The notes: generated by a model from the letters alone, not told the origin. Numbered from the stretch's first letter, positions 40,482-54,330 are shown. The stretch is DNA of 64,000 nt from Octopus vulgaris (GCA_951406725.2 OX597827.1:2356001-2420000); one strand, 5' to 3'. Translations and numbers: made by a program.

Positions 40482-42710
40482 TACACATATATATATACAT
40501 ATAATTATACACACATATATATGTATGTACGTCTATCTATCTATATGTGTATATATGTGCGTGTGTATGTATATATATATGTATATATGCATATACATAT
40601 ATAAATATGTATATACATATATACATATATGTATATGTATATATACAAATATATATGTATGTATATATATATACACATATCACATTCACATATATATCAC
40701 ATTGTATATATATACGTCACTAACCCGCCTCATCACACTACACCAAACCACATCATTTCACACAACACCACGCCGCAGTTTAGCACACTACAGCAATGCT
40801 ACACCACACTAGACCACTTCATATAATGACATTATTCACAACTGATATTTGAATCGATCTTACACAGGAAATAAACGGGGAACTACCAAGTGAGTTCATT
40901 ATCAACTGAAGAACGAAAAGCAAAGAAAAGAAGAGGGGGGAGAAAAAGGTTAAACGGTCAGCAGAGAGTTATCCAGGTATTCACGCCTCGCAAACCGTTA
41001 TTAATTGAAAATTTAGAATCCGCTCATTATTATCCACAGAGAATCTATAATCAGGAATGTCATTATTTCTACATAATGACATAAGGCTTCATCGGTTTGA
41101 GATGGTTTTATTAGAAATATTCAGTTGCTGCCATGTTTTTGGTTGTTGTTGGTTTGGTTTGCAATGGCAGCGATCGAAAATATAGTATTGAATTCATCGG
41201 TACTCCCCGCCTGATAAATATGAGAAACATTCCTCCAAAATACATCGATGCTATTATGCCATAATGGTAATCAAACCTGAATGTCAAATATATCAATTCT
41301 CCCTTGTCTTGGTAGCGATCGAAAATATAACATCGACTGCGTCGATACTCCTTGACTGAGAGATATAAGAAATATATCTCCTAATATATTGATACTCCTG
41401 TGTCATGATAGAAAGTGAACTTGGATCTCCTTGTTCCGGAATTTTGTCTGTGAACAGGTCGCGGTCTCAAAGCGACGAAAATATTTTGGCAAATTAAATT
41501 TAAATGTTGAAGTGAATATAACGGTTTTTGTGTGTTTCTTAAATGGCTTACAATCACCTTCCACACTGCAATTGTTTGTATAAAAATATTTAAATATTTA
41601 GTGTAACTCCTTTATTGCAGATAAATTTTGACAACAAAATCTTATATGGCACCCCACCACAACCTGCAGGACCATATGGCCCCCAGTTGAAGACCATTGC
41701 TCTAACCCTTAACATAGTTCAACATGTTTCCAGCCATTGAAACATGTTCTCTTGGTGAGTGTCATTGCAAATCTACACAAGTGAGGGTGTGAATAACAAA
41801 ATAGGAATTTTGAAAGAAGTGTCTATAAAATTGATTTTTAAACCTTAAATGGCTAAGGGGGTCCGCCAGAATGAAATAGAAGTCAAAGGATTCCATTGTT
41901 GGAAGAAAATTAAGAACCTCTGCTCTAAATGACAGCTGTTAGATGCATATTCTCAAATGCTTCTGTACTCTTGTGCTTTGACGAGAACCATAAATATAGC
42001 GTCGAATGAAACCCAGCACAATTGTATGGTTGAGGAGTTTGCAAACGCAAATAATTTTGTTTTCGGTTTCGATCTCACAGCGCCGCACCGTGAAAATGTC
42101 TCTTCGTCCATAGACCTCGGTTGGCCTTTGATTTAGAAGTGAAATTAGATGGGTTTCTATAGCAAGGACTGCTGATACAAACTGGGAAATAGAACTAAGA
42201 ACATTACATTTTTTTATTGCTATAATCGGCACAAAACTAGCGGATCATGAATCGCCTTGTTACTTCTACCGATTAAAAATGTGTGAGGTGTGTGTGTTTC
42301 TGTGCGTGTGTATGTGTCAGTGTGAATGTATGCACACACACACACACACGCATTTATATATATATAAACGTGCATACACATACATACATAAATACATACA
42401 TACATTTATATATATATAAACGTGCATACACATATACATATTTATAAATACATACATGCAGTATATATGTATTCATGTATAAAGTCTCTATTTGAGTCGA
42501 TGGTCAGTTCATTTGGTTTTGTTGATAACTAACCAAATTATTAAGGATCTCTTAACTTGCCCTTCCCAATGTCCCATGATACAATCGCAGAAAGATACTT
42601 GTTAAAATTGTTAATACAATTGTACTAAGCACATATAATTTGCATAATGATGTGAAATTAACGATCTTACACTATTACTGGAGTGCCAATCTAGTATGGC
42701 TTATAAATAA

Positions 42711-42888
42711 ATATTCTGTTGTGTCTGGGGAGAGTCATTTTCTTTTTGTGCCTTATTATGTAACACACTCACCGGTAAAATTTCCACTTTTTTCTTATTT
42801 TTATTTTCCTAACATTTTCGTTTGCAAATGTTTCAATAGTTAATAAGGCACAAAAAGAAAATGACTCTCCCCAGACATAACAGAATAT
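42711..42888. repeat. Inverted repeat, 48-bp arms
   Basis: 42711-42758 vs 42841-42888, 1 mismatch. Confidence 0.9.
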
Positions 42889-44018
42889 GCTTCAACACAC
42901 GAACTCATATAAAGAATCTTGCAAACCCAATCCAAAAACGAAATATAAATGAATAGTTATAGCAATATGGTTAAGTATAAATAAATAGTTATACTTAACC
43001 ACATTGCTAATTTGTTTGAAAACCATTTAGTTAAGGTAGGCTAAGGGTGAAGTCCAGAAAGTATGTTTTCAGACTTGATGGAAAATTAGGCCCTAGTAGG
43101 CTTTTCAGCTGCCTAGGGTGGAGATCGAATAGTCGAGTGGTTTCATTCTTACTTAATCACTCATCAGAGTCAACTGATCTCCTGCTTCCAAGACGCCGAG
43201 GTAATGTAACGAAAGGCTGCTTATAGTCTTCGTTTAATGTTTCTTCCCGAGCAGACAGGCGTGCGACAGATGGCATTTCATTCAATAAGGGGAGATTCCG
43301 TGAAAATGATATAAAACAAGTAAAAAAAATATAAAAACAGAACAAAAGAAATGAAATAATAACGATGGCGTATTGCATTACTGTACGAGTGAACGCATGT
43401 TGTTGTATAACGTGTACTTCCGGTAGCGAGATCGAGTTTCTTCTTATCACCATAAAATCCACCATGTAAAATTTATTTTGCGTGACAGAATCGCAATATG
43501 ATTTCCGTTCTTTTCTCTATCTCCAGGTTAAAAATAATAAATGAATATATATACAACAACATTTCCTTATTAAAATGCCATTTAACGAAGGCCAGGTCTG
43601 TGTGGTTATTTAAGTAAGTGATTTTATAGACATTGAAATTATATACTCGTACAACTAAATAAATATATTGAGACGACTGACATTACTGCTACAATAATTG
43701 AATGCTATATACTTTGTAAATTGATACACACATACATAGCACTGACATACATTGTCGTAGATGAGTGAGCATTATATATATATAGGCATGTACATATATC
43801 ATGTATTCACATATGTATTTATATATGTATATATGTGTGTATACATATATAATATATATGCACGTATATAAATATATATATAAATGCACAAACACGCATA
43901 TATATGTATACATATACACACATACACAGACATATCAAGATGTATATATACATGTAGATGTAGGTACGTATATATATGTATGATGCATATATGCATATGC
44001 TTTATTTATTAATTTGTT

Positions 44019-44062
<44 letters not shown>

Positions 44063-44323
44063 ATATATTGCCCTACAGCTGTGACATTAGTAACCAGACC
44101 ACGACCGACACGCTTTGCTATCTGTATGCAAGACTCTCTTCGGCTCTATATATTCTGTGCATACCATTAGCATAATATAGGACGTACTTCTGATGCACTG
44201 AGACAAAAAAAAATTTGTAAGGGTTCTCAAAATAATTCTCTATGATTGCCCTCAAGTCTATATATCTATTTATCTACCTAGGGATCGATCTACCTACTTC
44301 TCTATCTACCTACCTACCTACCT

Positions 44324-44432
<109 letters not shown>

Positions 44433-44747
44433 CCTGTCTTTAGCAGTGTGGTTACTTCGTAACTCTGAACTCTCATCGAAGACCTCGAACCCACAAGAGT
44501 AAACAAGAGAGAAAGAGACAGGCAGAAACAAGGAAAATGCCCCTTGTATTTGAATACTATGCAAATATTCTTCAAAAAACTTTTCTTTAAATTTTTCTAA
44601 ATTTAATTGTTTTCCATACTTACAGCTGAAAAAGTTTCAATGACTGAAGCCGGTACTGAAATGTTTTTTATAAAATTATTTTGGCATTTTCTATCTTGAC
44701 TTTCTTTTCCCATATATATCAACTCGTGTGTTCCTTTCCAACCTTCT

Positions 44748-44790
<43 letters not shown>

Positions 44791-44805
44791 GTATGTATAC
44801 ACACT

Positions 44806-44840
<35 letters not shown>

Positions 44841-44862
44841 GTATGTATACATATATATATAC

Positions 44863-44918
<56 letters not shown>

Positions 44919-45006
44919 GAATGTATGTATACATATATATATATATATATGTATGTATATATATATGGATATATGTGTATGTATGTATACATATATATAT
45001 GTATAC

Positions 45007-45042
<36 letters not shown>

Positions 45043-45060
45043 GTATGTATGTATACATAC

Positions 45061-45093
<33 letters not shown>

Positions 45094-45095
<2 letters not shown>

Positions 45096-45321
45096 AGAAA
45101 AAAATGAGCTAATCAGATCGGATGGTTCATATTTATAGATATTTATTTATATATTACATTTTTTACATATATATCATATCATTCAGATCAGATCATTCGG
45201 ATTAGCGCTTTCTCCCAATCGAGTGGGCTTTTCAAATCAATTCCTTGTGGGTAATTTGAACATTTTATAGTTTCGATCTATAAATATGAACCATCCGATC
45301 TGATTACCTCATTTTTTCTAA
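45094..45321. mobile_element. Fold-back/MITE with ~46-bp arms in (TA)n
   Basis: TTAGAAAAAAATGAGCTAATCAGATCGGATGGTTCATATTTATAGAT mirrored at 45276-45321. Confidence 0.8.
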
Positions 45322-45791
45322 TATATAATACCTGTACATCATCTCCAAACCTTCCAATATATATATATATATATATACATATATATCTTTAGCTTTCATG
45401 GTCACTTTCTCCCTTTTCACATTAGGTCTTTCTTTTCCTTTTCACGATAAATTTTCGTTGTGACCTTACAAGCATTTCTTGCTCAGCGCCACTAATCTCT
45501 ATTTGTCACCTGTATTTGTGAATATTAAAATTAATTAAGACGAAATGCTGGACGGCAGAACAAAACAATGTCTAAATATCATATAACAATAAAAATCAAA
45601 AGCCAATATCGTTCGCTTCAAAGGAGTGAAGCATCTATAGGTTACAATTGGTTGGTAAAAGCGGACTTCATTTTGTTATGAATAAAAATGCCAGAGTTGC
45701 GCGCACACATACATGAATGAATGCGTTTGTGTGTGTATATATATGTATGTATGCATGTATATATAAATGCAGGCATACATACACATACACA

Positions 45792-45872
<81 letters not shown>

Positions 45873-46223
45873 CTCTCTCTCTATCTATCTATATATATAT
45901 ATATATATTTGGCGATGCAAACAAGAAAAATAGAAGTCAAAGCATGAGTGTATGTGTGTGTTTGTGTGTTTTTTTACTATTTGCCTGAAAAATACAAAGT
46001 TACTCAAAGGCTTACAGTTTCATGCGTTAAGTGCTAACCCACGAAACTTTCAGGCTCTGAGTCACTCTATTGCTTCTGCTGGATATTAATAAAATATAAA
46101 TATTGACGTATCGCAGGTTCGAACGGTGTTCCTCCGCCGAACGACGTTACTGACTGTGTCAGTCCACTATGTATTCGTAGTAGACCAGCCCACAACATAT
46201 ATACATACATACAGATAGACACT

Positions 46224-46310
<87 letters not shown>

Positions 46311-46372
46311 GTGAATATGTTTATACATGTATGTATATATGTATATGCATATATATAAATATGTACATGCGC

Positions 46373-46397
<25 letters not shown>

Positions 46398-46404
<7 letters not shown>

Positions 46405-46703
46405 ATCACGTGACAGACTTGGCTATCAGATGTTTCTACACATCGCTGGTCACAATGCGCCTCGCATTGTTTTAGCCTTCAAATGACGCCACCCCGCTGG
46501 CTAAGCGAGCAAGCCAACAGAAGAAAGAGTGAGAGAAAGTTGTGGCGAAAGAGTAGAGCAGGGTTCGCCACCACCCTCTGCCGAAACCTCGTGGAACTTT
46601 AGGTGTTTTCGCTCAATATACACTCACAACGCCCGGTCTGGGAATCGAAACTGCAATCCCATGACCGCGAGTCCGCAGGCCTAACCACTGGGCCATTGCA
46701 CCT
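46398..46703 (-). mobile_element. SINE family C, tail type 2
   Basis: Shared head/body; 3' part matches 56199-56508. Confidence 0.85.
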
Positions 46704-46716
46704 ACACACACGCGCG

Positions 46717-46781
<65 letters not shown>

Positions 46782-47304
46782 GGGTATCATATATGTATGC
46801 ATGCATATGCGAACGTATGCATGCAAGTTTCTTTGTGTTTGTGCACGCATATATGTATGTAGGTAGGTATGTTAAAAAGTTAATTAGCAAGTTAGTTAGT
46901 TCAATGGTGTAAGTCTCACTTTCTTACCTAGCAAGCTGAAATCTTACTTAAGAACACATATTATCATGAAGATCCTAAGCTATGTGAATTGTTTTGACAA
47001 TTTCTATACGAAATCCAAAACATTGTAAATTCATGAGATTGTATTAACTTTTGTTTTTAATGAATCAGCGTAAGATTGGTCGGCAAATGTTGCTTGTAAT
47101 TTATAAATTTATTTCGCGCAAGGTTCTAACTCTGCCGGAGGCGGCTATAAGAGGCATTCTATATTCTGGAGACGATCCTTATATTCCATTCACATAGTCA
47201 AATTAGATGAAATTCCGATGGTTTTTATTTATTTATTTTTATTTCAATCTTTTCTGTTTTTATTTCTTCTTTCCGGGGCGGTTAGGAGTGATATAATAAT
47301 AATT

Positions 47305-47729
47305 TTTTTCTACTAAAGGCACAAGACTTGAAATTTTGGGGGGAGGAATTCACCAATCCCAGCATTTCACTTGTACTTAATTTATCGTTCCCGAAAGGAT
47401 GAAAGGCAAAGTCGACCTCGACGAAATTTGAACTCAGAACATAAAGACAAACAAAATGCTGCTAAGCGTTTTGTCCGGCATGCTAACGATTCTGCCAGTT
47501 TGCCGCCTTAATAATGATCTTTTCTACTATAGACACAAGGCCTGACAATTGGGGGAGGAGACTAGTCGATTACATCGACCCCAGTACGCAACTGGTACTT
47601 AATTTATCGACGCCGAAGGATGAAAGGCAAAATCGACCTAGTGGAATTTGAACCCAGAACATAAAGATAGACGAAATACTGCTAAGCATTTTGCCCGGCC
47701 TGCTAACGATTCTACCAGCTCACCGCCTT

Positions 47730-47808
<79 letters not shown>

Positions 47809-48018
47809 TTGATATCAAATTTTGGCACAAGGCCAGCAAATCCAGACGAGGGACTATTTCGATTAGATCGACCCAGTGTTCAACCAGTTCTTATTCATCC
47901 TCGAAAGGATGAAAGGCAAAGTCGACCTCGGCGGAATTTGAACTCGAAACGTAAAGACGGACGAAATCCCGCAAAGCAATTTGTCCAGCGTTCTAACCAT
48001 TCTACCAGTTCGCCACCT
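47305..48018 (-). mobile_element. Three tandem family A SINEs (~47305-47508, 47516-47728, 47808-48018)
   Basis: GGATGAAAGGCAAA(G/A)TCGACCT and the head sequence each occur three times. Confidence 0.9.
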
Positions 48019-48354
48019 TAACGGAATGGTAATAATAACGAAGAGGAAGTGCGGCAAGTAAAAATATTTCGCTACGTAAAAGAATAATTAATAAAGCGGG
48101 TTCCGCATCAAATCAGTCGGATATGAGAAGTGTGTCTTTGTTTATTGACACCGTATGGGGTCTGTGATGATAATGGCCAATTCCTACAGATCTTTCTCTG
48201 TGTCTTTGATCTTTGACCACTTTGCTTGTCTGTGTTGCTTGCTTGCATGCAAGTCGAGATGGATTATTACTTGCAGTACATCAGCGATGCATCACGACCA
48301 CATATGGACGAGATTTCGACATTCGTTTGAAGTGTGAATGTGCGTACGGATAAA

Positions 48355-48884
48355 TATACATACATACATACATACATACATACATAAATACATACATACA
48401 TACATAAATACATACATACATACATAAATACATACATGCATACATACATTCATTCATACATACATACATACATACATACATACATACATAAATACATACA
48501 TACATAGATACATACATACATACATACATACATACATACATACATACATAAATACATACATACATACATACATACATACATACATACATACATTCATACA
48601 TACATGCATACATACATACATGCATACATACATACATGCATACATACATTCATTCATACATACATACATAAATACATACATACATACATACATACATAAA
48701 TACATACATACATACATACATACATACATACATACATACATACATACATAAATACATACATACATACATAAATACATACATACATACATAAATACATACA
48801 TACATACATACATTCATTCATACATACATACATACATACATACATACATAAATACATACATACATACATACATACATACATACA

Positions 48885-48918
<34 letters not shown>

Positions 48919-49250
48919 CATAAATACATACATACATACATAAATACATACATGCATACATACATTCATTCATACATACATACATACATGCATACATACA
49001 CACATACATACATAAATACATATATACATACATACATACATACATACATACATAAATACATACATGCATGCATACATACATACATACATACATACATAAA
49101 TACATAAATACATAAATACATACATGCATACATACATTCATACAAACATACATACATTCATACATACATACATACATACATACATAAATACATACATGCA
49201 TACATACATACATACATACATACATACATACATGCATACATACATACTTA
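48355..49250. repeat. Long (TACA)n microsatellite
   Basis: ~900 bp with TAAA/TTCA/TGCA variant units. Confidence 0.95.
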
Positions 49251-49687
49251 CGTACATACACGCGCACACATATAAGTGCATATATACATGTATACGTCTG
49301 TGCATATATATATGAATGCATTCATACATACATGCCTACATATATGCATATAATATATACAGATGTGTGTATGCATATATGTGTATATGTGTGAATTTGC
49401 GTGTGAATGTATGTATAAAGATATATTCAGACATAAATGCTTGTTAACATACATGCATAGATTTACACATACATACACACATACACGAACACTTATTCAC
49501 ACGCTCACATATACATGCCCACTTATACACACACACATATATAAATATACATACATATTTGTATATATAGACATGTACACACTCATGCGTACATGTACAT
49601 AAATATATATATATATATATATATATGAACATGCACACACACATATATATGTATGCGTGCATGTATATATATATATATATATATATA

Positions 49688-49849
49688 GTTGGAATTTATA
49701 GAAAACTAAAAGTCGAAGATAGGTGTATGAACAACAAACAAGTGTATTAGTTTGACGGTCGGGAAAATGAAGTCTTTTATGTTTCGAGCCAACGCTCTTC
49801 AACAGGAAGGAATAAATTTGTAGATTTCAGCGGTCCAGCTTAGCGAACG
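49688..49849 (-). mobile_element. Second copy of the 35287-35482 family
   Basis: (TA)n flanks; shared AACAAAC..GTATTAGT..AAGTCTTTTA(C/T)GTTTCGAGCC; minus strand CTGTTGAAGAGCGTTGGCTCGAAAC. Confidence 0.6.
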
Positions 49850-49929
<80 letters not shown>

Positions 49930-49941
49930 CATATATATATG

Positions 49942-50001
<60 letters not shown>

Positions 50002-50019
50002 CATATATATGTATGTATG

Positions 50020-50070
<51 letters not shown>

Positions 50071-51460
50071 CTTACGCACATACACGTGCACACGCGAGCT
50101 GAATGTTAAAGAGTGAACAAATACGCTGCTTATAAATATATATATATAAACATATGGGTCTATATGGTTTTACGTATGTATATATGTTTCTGTTCTGTCT
50201 TATAATTGCCTGTAAAGTCTATAATCTTTTTAATGATAAGGGAAACAAGTTCGTATGGCAGGTTACGCAGCAGGCTCTCAGAGACTGGTGAGAGTAATGT
50301 AGGAAATTATTTTCAACCCAAAGAGCCCGACGCCCCCTTGAGACACCTAAGCCACCAGGTGTCGGTGTCAAACCGGGTGCGGCATTAACTCTGCGACGCT
50401 AGTAGACCTTGCTGGGATTTGAGTTCGGAACCCAAATAGCCGCGACAAACATCACAAGGCATCCGGTTCCAGTGTTCTTACAGTTCTACCAAATCCACTA
50501 CCTTCGATTAGCATATTTTTACCGATCCCGGAAGGATTACAAGTAAAGTTGACCTCCACGTAATATGAACTCAGAGTGCAGGCTGTCGGAAAGTAATCAA
50601 TCCAATGTTCCATAGCTGTTCTGCCAACTCACCGTCTTTGCCAATTCACATTCATTACGTGTATTTATAAGCTGGCTATTTGTTCACTCTCTAACACTCA
50701 GCTCGTATAAAACCGCAAAATTTTTGAAAAGAATATCGAGGAATTTTAAACGAATTTTAAATAACAAACACAGCAGGGAATGAAATAAACACTAAGCGGT
50801 TTTACAATTTGAAATTCGATATTCTTTGGCATTTTCTTCGTTGGCACAAAGTACCGAAATTACCGCAGAACGATGCAATCAAACCATTTTAATAATTTTG
50901 TTATTATTTTCTTTCTCTCTTTGTGTTTATAAATTCTTTTGAATCGTTTGTGCAAGCGTTTTGAAAATCAATGATCATCAGGAGGGACGTAGTAGAATTT
51001 CATTACTGAAAACATTCTTTTAAGATGATATTTAGAATGAAAAATTTTCTAAAGAACTTGTAAAAGAGTCCGGTAATTCAGTGCGCGATAATTCTTTAGT
51101 ATTTTTGTCTCAGAGAAGACAGTCTATGGAAAGACAAGCCAACGAAAGAGAACCTGCATGGAGTCTTTCTCACTGCTAGAAACAAGCACTAAATCTGTCT
51201 TAGATCTCACCGTAGAGTCTTGTATGAGAAAACGGTCTCATTAGAAAATATAGTCCAGTATGTATTGTGTATTAATAGATGAGGGGTGGTTACGGATGGA
51301 AAGTTTCCGAATGTAGATCAAGTAAATCTGAGTTGAAATGGAGTTAAACGAGAACAACAGCAGTAGCGACAGCAACAACAACGAGAACAGTAGCGGAGCA
51401 GCGACGATGACATTAACAATGGCAGCAGTAGATACAGCAACGGCCGCCATAACAGCAGCA

Positions 51461-51835
51461 GGAGGCGCAATGGCCCAGTGGTTAGGACAGAGGACTCGCG
51501 GTCGGAGGATCGCGGTTTCGGTTCCCAGACCGGGCGTTGTGTGTGTTTATTGAGCAAAAACACCTAAAGCTCCACGAGGCTCCGGCAGGGGGGGTGGGGG
51601 TGGCGACCACTGTTGTACTCTTTCGCCCCAACTTTCTCTCACTCTTTCTTCCTGTTTCTTGTCCCCGACTTCCTACGCAACCGCTGAGCCTGGATGCGCA
51701 TTCATCCATCCGTCGATGCTCTCGGTGTCGGGGGTTGACCTGCTTTCTCTTCTGCGGGTCTTAAGAATAGCAAAGGACCGGACCACGTTTCGGACTTCTC
51801 CCACTAATGGGACGAAGGCCGCTTCGCTCAACAAA
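51461..51835 (+). mobile_element. SINE family C, tail type 3
   Basis: GGAGGCGCAATGGCCCAGTGGTTAG head, shared body to CTTTCTCTCACTCTTTC, then a different 3' part. Confidence 0.85.
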
Positions 51836-51895
51836 CAAACAAGCAACAGCAGCAACAACAATAGCGGTAACAACAGCAATAGCAACAGCAAATGT

Positions 51896-52065
51896 ACTTT
51901 ATTTTTACTAGACATTATTGATTCCAGTTTCTAGCAGCTCCGGCGCTCGTCTAGCAGATGTCGCATTAAGCTAACAGCAAATGTACTTAGCTTAATGCGA
52001 CATCTGCTAGACGAGCGCCGGAGCTGCTAGAAACTGGAATCAATAATGTCTAGTAAAAATAAAGT
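51896..52065. repeat. Perfect palindrome, 79-bp arms, 12-nt spacer
   Basis: 51896-51974 is the exact reverse complement of 51987-52065. Confidence 0.95.
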
Positions 52066-52074
52066 TTTATCCCG

Positions 52075-52300
52075 ACTCATATACACTAATAAGGCCAGTT
52101 TCCCAGTTTTATGGCGTATATATGTTCCTCACCTCGACAGGACACCAGTCCGTCGCAAGAGTACCCATTTTTGCAAACTGGGTGGACTGGAGCAACGTAA
52201 GATGAAGGGTTTTGCTCAGGCACACAACACATTACCTGGTTCAGGAATCGAAACAACACTCTTACGATCATGAGTCCAACACCTTAACCACTAAGCCACG
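52075..52300 (-). mobile_element. SINE family D head with a family C type-1 tail
   Basis: GGAATCGAAAC..CTTAACCACTAAGCCACG; GGCCAGTTTCCCAGTTTTATGGCGTAT. Confidence 0.7.
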
Positions 52301-52698
52301 GTTATTTAAAAGTAAATTCTTAAGACGTCTAGGTAAGTTCAGGAGCAGAATGTGATGGTCAGTGCTGTGTAAGGCATAGAAGAATACCCTCACACATTTA
52401 CGACGGCAGCGCTTTCTCAGCATTCAGGAACACCAGTGTTTTGACATGTATCTCGTCAACCAGGGGCAGACGGGGCGCTGAGCCTAAACAAAGGCGATGG
52501 CCTTGTTAATACTTTCAGCGAATGGCCGTTCCAGATCTCGCTGTACACGGTTCAATTAACGACTTTCTAATGTCTAACGTACTGTGTACAGAAAAGCTCA
52601 CACACTCACATGGGCATACGTGCACACGTACACAAACACACGCATTCACACACACTCATACAGATACAAATACGTGTATATACACACACGCGCACACG

Positions 52699-52736
<38 letters not shown>

Positions 52737-53302
52737 CAGAATTTCTGTCGGAAGAAAGAAATTACATCCAGTCATATGTTGAGATTTTACCAGCGACAAA
52801 ACTAATTTCTAAACTGTCTACTGCAAACGCTTATAAACCTAATATTACTTACGAACATAAATAAATGGAATACACCGATTTGCATAAGGAATGCACTCAT
52901 AATACTCGATGAATAAATTGCTATATATATATAATAACATACACATACACATATATATGTATGTGTTTCGGCATGAGTGGGTGTGTATGTATATGTGCGT
53001 AGTCTAATATTCTGGTATTGGTTGGATCAACAAAAAAGTACTCCATCATGTGATTTATAAGTGTTATCTAAAAAAAAAAACGTAAGATTTAAATTTAAGC
53101 AAGTATAAGTTTCATGCTCAAATAGTACAACAATCGGACTGTCTTGTAGAACTTTCCGGTACTCTCCAAGAATCTTTCGGTTTCAACAGAAATATCTGTA
53201 TAAGATTTCACTTAGGCATAGCGATGATAATAGCCTCGTATTAGAACTCAGTACACATAAGCTTCAGAACAAAGTCTTAGACGAGCACAAAGCATAATAT
53301 GA

Positions 53303-53538
53303 AATTAAATAATTGACAAAGGAACAAGAATTACGAAATCAACTTCATTAGCTTACAGCTGTTTCTGCCACATCATGCAGTACACTCAGAACTGATTGCT
53401 TGTTCGTTACCTTATAGCTCCGAGGAAGCTATAAAGGTGATACACTCAACTCGGAGTGCGTTGCATCTCATAGCAAAAGCTATCGTTTATGAATGACGTT
53501 GATTGCATAATTCTTGTTCCTTTGTTATTTATTTAATT
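53303..53538. mobile_element. Fold-back element with ~47-bp arms and hammerhead-like remnant
   Basis: 53303-53349 vs 53492-53538, about 5 mismatches; minus strand GAAACAGCTGTAAGCT next to the arm. Confidence 0.7.
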
Positions 53539-53581
53539 CTATAAACACACACCTATATACACATAATACATACATACTTAC

Positions 53582-53634
<53 letters not shown>

Positions 53635-53961
53635 TGTATGTATTGACGTATGGACGTATGTATGTAAGATTGCACATATGTTTGTATGTATGCCATGATT
53701 TTACGTAAAAGTGGAGAATATATGTATATATGTGTGTGTGTGTGTGCGTACATATGTGTATAAATATATGTATTATGTGCTGATGTATATACGATAGCTG
53801 CTACAAAGTATTGCGTGTAATAAGGTGTTATACTTCAAAGAATTCTGTTAATTGCTTCAATGTTTGTAATCTAAAATAAACATTTGTTTTGTTTATTCAT
53901 TTATGGCAAAATATCAATTTTTTTCAAAACCAATATATTTGTATTTTTTCAATACATTCAA

Positions 53962-54330
53962 GGTTGTGTTTGTTAAGAAGCTCGCTTTGCAATCGCGTGC
54001 TTTCAGGTTCAGTCCCACTGCGTGGCACCTTAGGCAAGTGTCTTCTACTATAGCTCCAAGCCGACTAACGCCTGGTGAGTGAATTTGGTAGGCGAAAACT
54101 GTATGGAAGCCCATCGTTTGTGCGTGTGTGTGTCTGTTGATTGTGCCCCTCTACCACTCGACAAATGGTTTTAGTTTATTTACGTCCCTGTTACTTACTG
54201 ATTCGGTAAAAGGGACCGATAGCATAAGTAGCAAGTTTAAAAATAAGTTCTGGGATCGATTTGTTCGACTAAAACACTTAAAGACAGTGCCATAGCATAG
54301 TGTGAGTTCATTGAAAGAAGGAAGTAAAAG
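53962..54330 (+). mobile_element. SINE family B
   Basis: GGTTCAGTCCCACTGCGTGGCACCTTAGGCAAGTGTCTTCTACTATAG. Confidence 0.8.

Noticed and set aside
43157-43465. 102-aa minus ORF as a terminal coding exon
   Set aside because: The pyrimidine tract ends in CACGG, not AG; no recognisable domain; kept only as a possible non-coding exon
48267-49329. MYVC-repeat ORFs (and YI, HT, LSIY, poly-N/I ORFs elsewhere)
   Set aside because: Translations of simple repeats
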